60,000 nucleotides of DNA from Botryllus schlosseri (taxonomy: Eukaryota). The stretch spans positions 2,048,001 to 2,108,000 of the forward strand of contig CM119371.1 of NCBI GenBank assembly GCA_051294905.1, given 5' to 3'. The notes under the pieces were generated by a model, which searched no databases, was not told the origin of the DNA, and saw only the letters and a program-made list of their open reading frames with translations. Below are positions 41,192 through 53,966 of the stretch, in pieces. Within the stretch, counting starts at the first letter, position 1; each line of letters begins with the position of its first letter. Both the position numbers and the translations under genes were made by a program.

Positions 41192-41314
41192 CTGGTCATA
41201 AGAGGCCGTCCCTGCCGGGATACAAATCCCTCTTGCCATCTTTCTCATAGTTTCATTTCTTTGTCTGCTCACAGCTTGATCAACCCGAATCTCATTCCCT
41301 TCCAGGTTGTTGCC
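41192..41314 (-). pseudogene. RBM28: RBM28-like exon 'B' (end of RRM3 plus linker)
   Basis: GNNLEGNEIRVDQAVSR...(shift) DGKRDLYPGRDGLL*P|gt vs human LKLDGRQLKVDLAVTR...GTRNLYLAREGLIRAG. The acceptor AG is lost. Confidence 0.75.
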
Positions 41315-41944
41315 ATACAGCGGTAGTCATGAAGTCACACATATGTTGACAGGCAGACTTGTACAAACTATCATCCACTTAGTGGGTGATCAACTAACCA
41401 CTGATTATTTAGTAGTTTCGGTTCTAGTTGCGGATTTCGGAAAGTGGAGAGTTTCAGTTGCGCATTTCAGAAAATAATTTGTGGTACAATGATTTGCGCA
41501 CCGGTACTCGAATCTGAATCAAGTACCGTAACTGTAATGAGTCGAGTCGATCAGTGAAAGACGTTTTGTTGGAGTAATGAAACTTTACGCCCATTTCCAT
41601 CGAAAAGTTATAATTGCATCAACTTTCTGAAACCTCGATTAGTTGTATCCCAACATACGAAACATATTGTACAAAGCTATGCACGTTAGCGTCAATGACA
41701 TTTCTGTGTAGCTGTGATCGCAAAGCCAAATGAAGTATTTTCAAAAAATACCAAATCATCATTATGTGGTGAAGAGCTGGCATTATGTTTCGTAGTCGCA
41801 TGAAAAGTAGGCTACATACTCAAGCTTTTGGGTCTCCCATATACTTATATCGTCATCATGAGTGATTATAATCACATATATCATATATCAAATACTCGAC
41901 GTGAAGCCTAATTCAGAATAGAATCACTCATGCACTATGTATAC

Positions 41945-44900
41945 CAGTGGTTCCCAACCGGTGTGCCGCGGCACACTAGTGTGCCAATTGGACTGCTCAG
42001 GTGTGCCGCGAGCAAATGCGCTAAACTGGGTCGAAGTATAAGAAAAATCCAAATTTTGAGTGTGTCATTGTTGGAGTTTCTATTGAATTTACTATATCAA
42101 GACACGCGATGTACACAGGGCCGTAACTGCCGCACCCCAAAACCCCCAATTGGGGGGGCGAGCTCGAAGGGGGCCCAAAATTATTTCGTGAATTAGCATA
42201 AATTATAGAGTATTTTTTGAAAATTTTAGCAACTTTATCAAAAATTTTTCGCGCTGCGCACGATTTCAAGTTGCCAAGTATCTTGAATATTGGGTACTCT
42301 TCCCACAAGAAAAAATACGCAAGATTTATAGAAATGGGTATATCAGCGTTATGGCCATTACCTCGCCACGACGCACCAAGACATATAAAGTTTTAGGCCA
42401 TATAACATGCGACTGCAAGAAGTGTGCCAGAACGATCGGCAGCGAGAAAACCTTGGCCGAAAAGGACTGCCCTTATGCAGACCGAAAACTTCGTTATATA
42501 TACAAAATACATGTGGGCTTAATAGTCTATAGGCGCCAAATGACTGGCACCTAAATGTTCCTGTCTTGGCAATCTGAACCTCACAAGACAAATACCACCC
42601 CGCAGGAAAAAAATATATGCCAGTGAAGAAATACCAATTTGAAATCGTGTGATCTTTTAGTTTAGTAGGTTTGGGAGATTGTATATTTTTGATATGGCAA
42701 ACAGGAGGTCACGAAATAACATCATGTAACGAAGTCATACCAACGGGTCCACCTTCCCCAAGATTCTTATTTACGGGCTCTACATTTTCCAAGACAACAC
42801 CTGACTCAGCTCTACCGGTAAATCTGATTACGTGAGAAACTGAGAATAGAGGACAAGAAATTGATAGCAATATATATGCAATTCCCGATCTTATTGACCG
42901 ATTTTATCAAAAATTATCGAAAATTTTTACGCTTCGCGCTGGCTTAGGAAGCAGTACGTCTGTAATTTCGTGGCAAAAGTGAACAACGTGGTAGCGGCCT
43001 GACGGGTCGGTTTGTCACCCTGTGGCAGCCCAAGACTCCAGTTTTTAGGGGCCAGACGAAGTGCTGTTTCGTTCCTGCCAACGGGTATACAATACACCCG
43101 GAGATGTTTATTTATTATTGAGGGGTCACCCTTTCAAACACACCTCACGCTGCTCTACCGGTAAATCTGATTACGTAAGCAGAGAAAGGATAAAAATTTA
43201 TAGCAATATATATGCAATTCCCGATCACATTGCCCTATTCAGTCATGAATTATGGAATTTTTTCGCGCTTCGCGCGTATAGGCGATAAAAACTGTTTGAG
43301 CCAACGGACAGCGAATATAGATGATAAGCAGCGGTAAACAACGTACAGGCTGAGGGGGGTCTGGGGGGCGAAGCCCCCCAGAAGTTAGGTTTATCACCCT
43401 ATGGGGGGCCAGGACCAACGTTTTGGGGGGGCCTGACGAAGTACTGTTGCGGCCCTGGATGTACAATCCGATGTAGTGAACAGATACAAGGATGTCGCGA
43501 CGGCCATAAGTAACGTTATCTCAATTAGCCATCCCCATCAGCTCATGGATTGGGTCTTTTCTGGCTTTTTATTGTAAAGACGGTCTGAGCACAGCAACGT
43601 ATAGGGTCGGAAAATCTCATAAATCTGCGACGCTTCGTAACTTGCTACTGCACTGCCATGAATGAAACTGGGGCCTCCACCGTCAATTGGTGTGATACGC
43701 TAGTTGTCCCACATATAGTAGCATTTGGGACGGTGACAGATAGATAGATAACTAGACTCGGGCTATTGGACCGTGATGTTGAGGTGTGGCCGAAGGTCAC
43801 CTTTTACTTGTCACCCCATCAGAACCGGAGGCAGAACAGGGATGTGACGTAGTTGATGACCTTCTTCTGTTTCTATTTGTAGTCGTATTCTTGCCATGTC
43901 TTCGTTATCGATGATAATTTTATACCATGCCGATATAACATATTTTGATTTCTGAGATGCCAACTTATAGCACGGTCCACATTTAGTAAGATACTGCTTT
44001 TGCAGATCCGAGGACGAGTAGGAGCCAACATAAACCTCCAACACCTAGGAAGGCATCCCCACCATCGAGAAATGTATACTCATTTGGAAGTGAGGTTCAC
44101 GTTTACAAATTAGAATTGCCGACATAGCCATTCACATTGCGATAGTTAGGTAGCGTGCCAGCATTGCAGGTAAAATGTAGGCCCAGGGCGCAACGTAATG
44201 TTGCAGGCGACAAATTTGAGAATTGAAAAGTAATGTTGATCAAATTATATCAGTTAACAAATTCCACCGGTCCTGAGGTTTATCATCCCTGTTTGTTGGA
44301 AGTGGAACTGCAATTGAACAGCAGCTGGCTGCCAGTAAGACTCTTGACTGATGTATTGCTATCCCCACAGAAGCTATTACACGATCTGCATGGAAACGCG
44401 TTTGGCTTCCAAGTATAGACACCTCTATACGCGTCTGTATTTGTTAGTGACGATCGCGATTGGACTCTTCCATGCGACGGTTAATTACATGGACAACGAG
44501 GTAGTGGGCAGACTTTGTTGTCAAGCCAATCTTATGAAATTAACCTCAGCTGGAAGTTTGAACGAGATCTCAGCTGGCAAGTTATGTGGCAATTGATAAT
44601 TCAAAACCTCACACGGATTGAGAGAAAGTCCTTATTCCTGTCTGCAATAAAATTGTAAAAAAAGAAGAATTGAAAACGATCCCCATGTCAAATTATAGCA
44701 TTCGTAGACGTGAAATGTCCGCAGAGATAAAAAGAAAACTTAATTTCTTCTTTAAAGCAGCGAAAAGCATACTTGAGTACACCGAAAAGGCAGAAGTAAT
44801 TCGTCAGTGACCAGTGACCACCTATATAAGACTGTGGTTGTTGCTATACGCATTCTGGTAGTTTGCTTTTGCCGTAAGCCAAATAAGTACAGAACCAGCA

Positions 44901-44973
44901 CTGTACTAGTGTGCCGCGAACTCTTTTTCATTTTCAATGTGTGCCGCGAGGTCAAAAAGGTTGGGAACCAGTG
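41945..44973. mobile_element. Non-autonomous hAT (Charlie/Buster-type ends) with nested element and unexplained cargo
   Basis: TIR cagtggttcccaacc (1 mismatch), perfect TSD atgtatac, subterminal gtgtgccgcg repeats. Confidence 0.92.
42116..43457. mobile_element. Nested hAT-like element
   Basis: TIR cagggccgtaac / gttgcggccctg, perfect TSD gatgtaca, internal duplication of the right-end region. Confidence 0.92.
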
Positions 44974-45094
44974 ATGTATACAGTCATGTAACTCTAGTAA
45001 TTACGAACAAACCTTTTTCCTGCATGATTTTGCCTCCAGCATCATCGTCCATCGGTAATTCCATTTCAAGTCAACAATACAGCAACCCACTAGG

Positions 45095-45288
45095 CAATGT
45101 TCCCTCTAATATTTGACGAGTCTGCGCACGCTCACCAACTCACTGCGCAGGCCCTTGGAAAACAGTGCGTAACGACTTAAAAAAAGGTCATCACTTCGGA
45201 TTTTTTGTGCGCAACTTAGATTTTCTGTGCGCAGAGACCGTGCAAGCACTGCGCATTTGCGCACGTGCGCAGCTTAGAGGGAACATTG
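45095..45288. mobile_element. 194-bp MITE of the same TIR family as 6468-7969
   Basis: TIR caatgttccctctaa, TSD ccactagg; single empty site in the paralog near 18674. Confidence 0.95.
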
Positions 45289-47708
45289 CCACTAGGTCTC
45301 AGATTTTCATGTCATTTTAGGAGTGAATCTGGTATCTAACACTGAGGGTGGAAAACATGATTTTTTCAATATTAATACAATGAAACCATTTTGTGCTCAC
45401 TCATCCATGAAGTTTAATTACCGGTACCGTAGTTTCATATTCCCTGTTACAGTACGGTCATAAAACAGTGTACCGGTATTAAAGTAGTTAAGAGCGGATG
45501 ATGGCTTTTAATAACAGAATACAAGAAGCTCTTGATATTGAAGGGAAAAATTTCAACAAACAAATGGAGTCAGGGGTCAATATCAGTCTTAATAGCCTAC
45601 CCCTTTCAATATCCATCATGCGTGACACAAACTTGGAACATTTTAAGCACTATTCTGTCTACATAAAAGTTGGAAGCAACTTGTTATATGAAATCTGGTC
45701 TGGGAGAGAAATGTGACTTACATGTTTTGCCTAATAATATGTAATTGGTAGGCTAATAGACCTAGTCTAAATCAACTTCATACATAGATACTGCTGACTC
45801 CAATCTGTAATTCAATTTCAGATCAAACAAAAATTAGATTGGGTATCAATAAAGTTTCAGATTTTGCAAATATTTGGATCAAGACATTATGAAGTATGAG
45901 TTGATATGATTCAAAAGCAATTTATTCTAACGGAATACCGGTAGGCCAACATGAGCGTTATCAGGTTATCCCATTAAAAAAAAAAGCTTTTTCTGCTTAT
46001 TTAACCTTGAAATGAAAGTTTTTCAAGCTGATTTGAAATTGTCTTTGGCAATAAATAGTTGTTCTTGTTGTTATGTTACATAAGTTGATTGATTTTATCA
46101 TGCAAGAGTTGAGGTGATAATTTCAGGTACACAGCCCCTAATGTCTCCCTCTCATTTCTGTCTATATCGTAGGCCTACTTCAAAAGTTTTGTGAAGGTTG
46201 TCACATGAATTCTGTTGCAACATGGAGCATGTACTTAAGTAATGAGTTAGATGGCAAAATTCTGTAACTAGAATATGGAGCATAATTTTCAGCAGAATCA
46301 CCACATTTTTTAGAATCTGAAATATTCCCTGTAGTCACAAGTTTATAAGGATATCATAGCCTATTACATAAAAACTCAATTCCTATGACAAAAATTTTCA
46401 AGTAAACAGAAATGGTAGTGAGAATTATAAAATATTTTTGCGCATGAGTGATTTTCATTGGCTTTACCTTCAGCTACAATCATGGCTGAGCACCAAATAT
46501 GAATATTTTCTCACTGACTTGCTGAATGTATCAATTTATACAACATGCCAAAATTCTCAGGTAGGTCTAAGTAGCTCATTTATACAGACACGAATTCATA
46601 TCCGCCTAGAGCAGCACCTGGATTTCACAGTTAAATGATCAGAAAGCTTGTTTTCATCATGTAATAACTTGAAAATTTCATTCAAAATGGATACCGGTAG
46701 CTATCTACTTAGCAATAGCCTTTCACAAGGTGATGAGTCAAATTTCAGCAAAATCTGCAACTTGATAGAGACCGAATTTCTCTTTGGTTCATTTGACATG
46801 TAATTACCTACATACAGCAGTCACAAACAATCCAGTAAGCTGGCTTGATCATGGCTTAAGGTTGAACTTAATCAGACTTGCAGCGCTAGCATCATTTTAT
46901 ATTCAGTAATTGCTTTTTCGGGCGAGGCAGGAACGAACGATCGATACTGCATGGAAACTCGAAAATCATGCTTGATAGAAGCTGTAAGCCAATATGGAAT
47001 CAGGGTCTTGTGCAGACTAAAGACTCTACTGAATACACACAGCTGCGAAGCAAGACGCTGAGAACCGTCTTGGCACACCAAACATATCACGCTAAACGTA
47101 TCAGGATTCCATTTTCGAGCATATTGATTGAATACATAAACACTTCTTCCTTGCCGAGGGCGATTTTCAGAGTTTGGGGTAACCGGTATTGACTAACAGG
47201 CCATGGTACCATTTCAAAAGATTATACATCACAGTGTCACATCACATCAAACCTTTCGTAACACACTGATGCAGCCAGAGGCCATCACAATTTCGAGTTG
47301 GTAACCTCTATTCCCATCGATATACCAAGACTGTACTACTGTGTGTGAGCATAGTAGAAGCGCGAAACGGTATGCCAATTAAGCACTGGTCTACAATCAA
47401 TCAACATGAAGTAGCTAGGTTAGGTTTGCGCATTCGGCCATACGGCATCGTGGAGATCCATCTATTCTTCCTAAATTCGGGTGTAAAACATTACAATGTC
47501 ATTCTATTTCGCTTTATCCAGTAATATAAGTAAGTTAGCCTGTACTCTGAAACATATTAGCTATATCTCCAACGTCCGATCGAATTAAAACTGATATTAG
47601 AACACTCAATCAGCTGATTTCATTCCATGTTTTGACTCAGCCCCATTGATGCACGTGATACATTAGCTCCACCACGCGGAAGAACGAAAGGTGGTAAATC
47701 GATAACAT

Positions 47709-48852
47709 AGAGAGAGAGAGAGTCTTTATTTTCATCGAACCAAAATACATAACAAACGGCAGTGATGGTGGTACAGAAAATATGCGTGCACAGTATTCGG
47801 TATTAGATAGGAATGATCGATAAGACCGTGAAGGTCATCTAGTCTGATCACACCAGCATCAAACAGGTACACTTGACTCAGAACAGTCTGGCTGTAAAAA
47901 AATGTTTAGTTACGAAAGGAAAATAGAAAAAAAATTAAACAATGGTAGCAAATGATCAATGAAGCAATGTCTGGGCGAGGTAGGGCAACAGTGTTAGTGT
48001 AACGACAAGAGGTGATCAAGTAGGGCTTTTTTGAATCTATTATAAGGCAATTCACGGATATGTGATGGTAATGCATTCCAGATGATAGGTCCCGAGTAGT
48101 CGATAGATCTCTTAGTTAGGTTGCTATTGGGTTGGGGTAAGTAGACGTTTCCTTTAGACGAAGATCTCGTGTAATGGGAATGGACATGTTTAGCAGGTAT
48201 GAAAAAGTCATCAAACACAGGAGGGAGACTATTGGAAAAATATTTGTGAACAACTTTTGATACTTCGAAGCGATATAGTTCATCAACTCGCAAAATTCGA
48301 TGCTTACGGTAGTAAGGCGATAAATTGGTACGTAAAGGTACAGATGAGATCAGCCGTATCGCACGGTTTTGCAGGGTTCGAATTCTGCACAAAAATGTTG
48401 TAAATGCATTTCCCCATACTACGATTCCATATTGCAGATGCGAGTGGAAAAGAGAGAAGTAGATGGTTCGTAGTACTGAACTGGAAACCAAAGATTGGAG
48501 ACGGGTCATTATTCCCACACACCGAGCTAGTTTTGATATTGTGCATTCAATATGCTGCTTCCAAGACAATTTGGAATCAATGGTGACGCCGAGATATTTT
48601 GCTGATTCACATATTGAGATTTGTTTATGAGTGATGTTCACAGTGAAATTATGACTGGCATTATTTAAAACGAGCATCTCGGTCTTATCTGCATTCAAAC
48701 TTAGTTTGTTTGCTTGCAGCCATCTCGACACTTTTGGGAGTTCCCTATTCACAGATGCATGCAAATCATCGACAGTGTTGGAGGTTATGAAGAGGTGAGT
48801 ATCATCAGCAAATAGCGTTGTGCGGAATAAAGATGCATTAACAATGTCGTTA
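47709..48852 (-). mobile_element. 5'-truncated LINE (CR1/L2-group-like non-LTR retrotransposon)
   Basis: RT frame, 3' UTR, AATAAA then a (CT)n tail. 7-bp TSD ataacat (47702-47708 / 48853-48859). Empty site in the paralog near 20495 (atataacatcatgcag). Confidence 0.95.
47994..48851 (-). CDS. Reverse transcriptase C-terminal portion (LINE ORF2, 5'-truncated)
   Basis: Uninterrupted NDIVNASLFRTTLFADDTHL...WLQANKLSLNADKTE...KYLGVTIDSKLSWKQHI...LRTIYFSLFHSHLQYG. Confidence 0.92.
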   Translation of the reverse strand, partial: NDIVNASLFRTTLFADDTHLFITSNTVDDLHASVNRELPKVSRWLQANKLSLNADKTEMLVLNNASHNFTVNITHKQISICESAKYLGVTIDSKLSWKQHIECTISKLARCVGIMTRLQSLVSSSVLRTIYFSLFHSHLQYGIVVWGNAFTTFLCRIRTLQNRAIRLISSVPLRTNLSPYYRKHRILRVDELYRFEVSKVVHKYFSNSLPPVFDDFFIPAKHVHSHYTRSSSKGNVYLPQPNSNLTKRSIDYSGPIIWNALPSHIRELPYNRFKKALLDHLLSLH

Positions 48853-49445
48853 ATAACATCATGCAGTTCGATATTACATTTCCTTCATAATCTATTTAGT
48901 TCTGTCATCTCTCGGAATTTTATTCTCCTGTACATATCGATATTATCGGATCAGTCGATAAAGCACACACTCGAATAGAGTACGTATTATAAACATTTAA
49001 AAGGACTATGCTGCCAGAAAGGTGAGGAGCCATCAATGCATGACGCGTTTGGAAACCAAGGAGACCGCTTGCCTAGTAACCGCTGTATATATCGTTTTGA
49101 ACTTGCCCTATGCCAGAGGCGGTGGGCGGGCAACTTCTCCGATCGGTGAGCCGGATATGAGAAAATTAAGCTCTTGGATTACAGAATATATACATTATGC
49201 CCTAATCGCGCCAACTTTCTCGCACGGCGCACAAAATACTCCACATTGTCAGGTGGTTGACGAAAAAAAATTAAACTTTCCGCCCAGCTTCCGCGGGAGC
49301 GTCACTTAGGTGCTGATTTACGGCATATCAGTCGCATTTTGCTATAAACATGACCTGAATTCTCAAAATAGAGGACAAAAGGGCGTCCTCCGAAGACACT
49401 TTCAAAATAGAGGACAAATCCTCTTTAAAGAGGACGTATGGTAAC

Positions 49446-49960
49446 TAGGGCTGGGCACAATGATTCGAGTACTCGAATCTGAATCGAGCATTAATTTTAA
49501 TGATTCGAGTCGAGTAGTAAAAGACGATTTTTTCGAGTAATGAAGATATACGCTTCTCGCCACTGAAAGTTAATTTACTAACGGGAATTATAGTTTTCAT
49601 ACTATTTTCCACCGACGAAGCCTTGAAATCTTGTTTGGCCGTGTCGCAGCATACGAGACATTGTTCACAGCTACGAACGTTACTGGAAATAACATATTTC
49701 CGAAGTCATGATCATTCCACAACATTGTCACGAAGTGCAATGAAATCGGTATGGTCGAAAAAATATCAAAGTATCTTTAATGTAACGGATGCCAGGCGTT
49801 ATATTCTTTGTGGTGGCATAAAAGGTACATATTTGAAATTTGACATAGTTCATTATGTTGTGACGTCATAATGAGTGATACTCGAATACTCGACTCGACT
49901 CGAAGCATAAAACGTGATTCAGAATCGAATCACTCAGGTACTCGATTTTGCCCAGCCCTA
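49446..49960. mobile_element. TAGGGCTG-family MITE inserted into the terminus of another element
   Basis: TIR tagggctgggca / tgcccagcccta, perfect TSD atggtaac. It splits an atggtaacccta terminus preceded by gaggac repeats. Confidence 0.92.
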
Positions 49961-52319
49961 ATGGTAACCCTACCTTAGTAAAGACTGCACGCGAACATCA
50001 GTTATATTGGAACGCAGCCCTCCTCGTTGATGTTCGAACGTGGCAGTGTTGGGATTAAGTCACTGCCCTCGAATCACAAGTAATTGCACATTTTGACTCG
50101 AGTCAAGTCAATTCACTTGATTTTCATAGGCGAAAAGGTTCAAGTCAGGTCACTCGTTTTTTGGAGGTGACCTGAGTCACGTCGAGACAAGTAACTAGTC
50201 AAGTCAAGTTGAAATTTCAAAGTACCAGACATGATTCAAAGTCATTACTAGGGCAATTTTTATGACACGTTAAAAAAGTCAAACATTTTGTTACTTATAA
50301 AAAGTCATTTTCACTCCACCCTACAACACATGCCTATTGGCATTCTAACATTTAACGACAAATGACGATACATATCCTCACATCTTCACCAAGTCTACCT
50401 ACCTCTCATTCGAATTAAGTTTTGACACATGAAACGATTGTCTGGCATTTATACTGATTGCTATGCATCCTTTTGTCACATTGTACACATTCGCGTAAAA
50501 TACATTGTCTCTCCATATCCCGATAACCCAAATAAAATGCGTATCTCAAATAACTAATTAATATTTATTTCAAATCAATACTACACATTTCATAACATGA
50601 AAATGCAACCCAATACAACATAAAATTCCGGAAATTCCCGCCACTACTCTCTAAGTCTAACATGAATATACTTATTAGGAGTCATTAACAATACTCTGAG
50701 TTATGAGTTGCGGATAATGTCAGTATAATTGCAAATTAGTCACAATGGACAGTAAGACTAATTTATGGAATGTCAAGCAGAAAATCATAATATCTCAGTA
50801 CAAAGGGAATATTGAATCACATTCATAAGATCGTCATAAATTTCGATTGTGATGGATGCACAATTTGCCTCTTTTACAGTCAACTATGGTGTATTAATGT
50901 CATTGAGAATCAATTAATCACATACCAATATTAAACGAGCACATCAAGAGGGATGAGTCAATTATATTATGAAGCATTTGGAAACACCAAGGTAGCAGAA
51001 AACATGGTCATTGGTCATAGAAGCGAGAAAAATCGTTAGCTTGAAGTGCAGCGACAGTCATTCTACAGAATAATATCAAGGTCATGAAATATCTTGATAA
51101 TGGAAGTTTTGAACTCGGTAAGCAGCCTATACCTTTCAACGCTCTCCTGAAGTCAACTGTACTAAAGATATAGAGAAAGATCACGAGATCTTGATGGAAC
51201 ATGGAGAACTCTACATAACTGACATTACAATGGATTTCATACACTAAACTACAGTACATTTATTTTCAACAAAATTTTACATTTTATATTTTTTGGGTTT
51301 TTTTTGAAGTATTTAATTTCTATCATAATACATCACAAAACATAACAACACCACACACTACACACTGCACATCTAAGATTATAACAATTTTTTTTCATTT
51401 TTCCATATTTATGTATTTTATGTAACTTCTATTATAATCAATTATTTTATCCCGCTATTCGATGCTACCTTGCGAATCAATCATTATAATTGCAAAAAAA
51501 TCAACAGTATGACGGCATGAACTCTACTGTAGTAAAAGCATATGCACATTCAAATCACCGTGAACATTCATTTTCGGAAATGTTTAGGATCGACGTGACG
51601 TTTACGGTATTACCACTGTTTTCATTGAATTGTGAATTTTTTTGCAAAAGTTTTGGTTATCTAAAATTGTAAAATGCAATATGCACGATATAAATAGCAT
51701 CGCGAAATTGCAGCAATTAAACATGAAATAGTCATATTAAATTATTAGATGAAACGCGGTAATTCTACTCTCCAAATTTCAATTTTGATGATGAGGAAAT
51801 GTTGGCTCTAGTACACGATTAGCGTTGTTGAATCCCACGCCTTATATCCCGCTCCCTGAAAAACAAGTACCTCTGAATAAATCAATATCCTAGTTAATCA
51901 ACCACTTCTGCAAACTATTCGGACTATGCGCAGAAGATGGACTGTACGTGCGGGCACGTCATTGCACTGCACAAAATAGAATTCGAATTTTTGTAGAGGA
52001 ACTGGGCTCATAGTCGGATAGATTTTAGGGATTGAATCGACAGGTGGATTGTGCATTTATATTTTCGCAGTATGATTCTCAGGTATCTTGGGCACGCAAT
52101 TCAATATACGGTAACATGTACATTAAGTACTCCCATTTAATGAAAATAAACCTGCAGGCAACACATCGTATCCCAGGGAACGGTATTGGCTGGGACGGTG
52201 TACTTGCTAGAGAACATTTTGGACGGTTTACATTTCCATTAGAGAAATTGCGGTGTAGTTGACAATGTCACGTATCAATGACACTTAAACAGTAGCTCTA
52301 CAGTTTGTTTGATGGAAAT

Positions 52320-53290
52320 TATATTTTTATTGCCAGTAGGATCATCTCTATGAGTGAAAAATTCATCAAAACTAGGGACTTACGTTTCTTATTCAAGGTA
52401 GCCTAAAATAGGTGGCGATAAGCGCACTACTATCATGCTTAGATAATTAGACAATTCAAGTTGTCTAATTAGACTAGTTTGAGCGGAATGTCGGTAATCT
52501 AATTTGAATCTATTTTGTGAAATGATTGTCTGCTCTAATTCTAATCTAATTTGTCAAATTTTTATATGTTCTCATTTTAATTCAAACCCTGTAAATGCTA
52601 CTGAGAGAACTGTATAGTGCGAAACGAGCCGAACTTGTTTCACAGACATTTTCTATTATCATGCCCATGAGAATAAACCATGATTTGATAGTAATGGAAC
52701 TGGATTCAATGACCTAGTTTTTGCGGATTCAGTAATTTTAATTCCAATCTAATTTGGAAAAATGTAGAATTATACAGGCAGTTTTAATGTATTTTAACAG
52801 CTTGTTTCATGAAAAGTATATTTTTAATGCCACTAGGATCATCTGTATGAGTGTAAAATTCATCAAAAATAGGTATGTGTGTTTTATCATCAAGGTAACC
52901 TTAAATAGGTGACGATAAGCGCACTCCTATCAGACATGGATAATTAAATAATTCTAGTTGTCTAATTAGACTAAATAAAGCTAAATGCCTGTAATCTAAG
53001 TCGAATATAATTTGTGAAATGATTCTTTGCCGTGATTCTGAGAAATTTTTATACGTTCTCATTTCAACGCAAACCCTATCTCTGGTTTTCCTGTAAATGC
53101 TACTGAGAGAACTGTATAGTGCCAAACGAGCCAAGCTTGTTGGACAGACATTTGCTATTATCATGCTCATGAGAAAGAACGATGATTTGATAGTAACGGA
53201 ATTGGATTCAATGACCTAGTTTTTGCAGATTCAATTCTAATTACAATCTAATTTGGAAAAATGTATAGCAATAACTATAGTTTCAATAAA
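52320..53290 (+). repeat. About 500-bp tandem duplication
   Basis: 52320-52790 and 52820-53290 both begin tatttttA.tgcca.taggatcatct.tatgagtg and are colinear. Confidence 0.85.
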
Positions 53291-53641
53291 TTCTGAAAAA
53301 AGTGACGCAATAATTATAATTCGACAATAATTTGGAGGTAACTGTGTAACGTCAATTCTAATTATACTATATGTTAAAAAAATGTAACTGTTATTCTAGT
53401 TTTAGCATATCGCAAAAGCAGAAAATCTTCTAGATGACTGAACCTGGCTGAAAATTAATCTGAAATCTCGTCAATTTGTGGCATAATTCTTCAGCACATT
53501 CTTTTTCAAGACGATGGATGGGTATGGAAAATCTGTAAGTTGTCACTTACGATTACCTAATAAAAGTATGCGACAACCAGTCCCAATAATAATATTTGAA
53601 ATTCATATGCTCTAGTACTTTTCAAAGCTTTATTTACACAC

Positions 53642-53966
53642 CAACGGTTCACAACCTTTTTTTAGCCACGCACCCCTTTATAATAGTGAAAAATCTCGCG
53701 CCCCCTTATCGTCATATCACGGAATCCAACCGGGATGCTCATCCTAGCAACTTTAACAGATTTACTGGTGAATGGCATTGAAGGATATGACTGTTTATGA
53801 AGAATTAAAAAATAGGAAGTTCGGTCTATATATACAGAAACGCGTGTAAATTGGAGGTAAATCGTGCATAACTGCAATTTTTTTCTAATTGACCGCTTCT
53901 TCGCGCCCCCTTCAGATACTTTCAAGCCCACCAAAGGGGGCCCGTCCCCCAGGCTGAGAACCATTG
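53642..53966. mobile_element. hAT-like MITE specific to duplicate copy 2
   Basis: TIR caacggttcacaacc / ggctgagaaccattg, atttacac on both sides; empty site near 24461. Confidence 0.8.
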
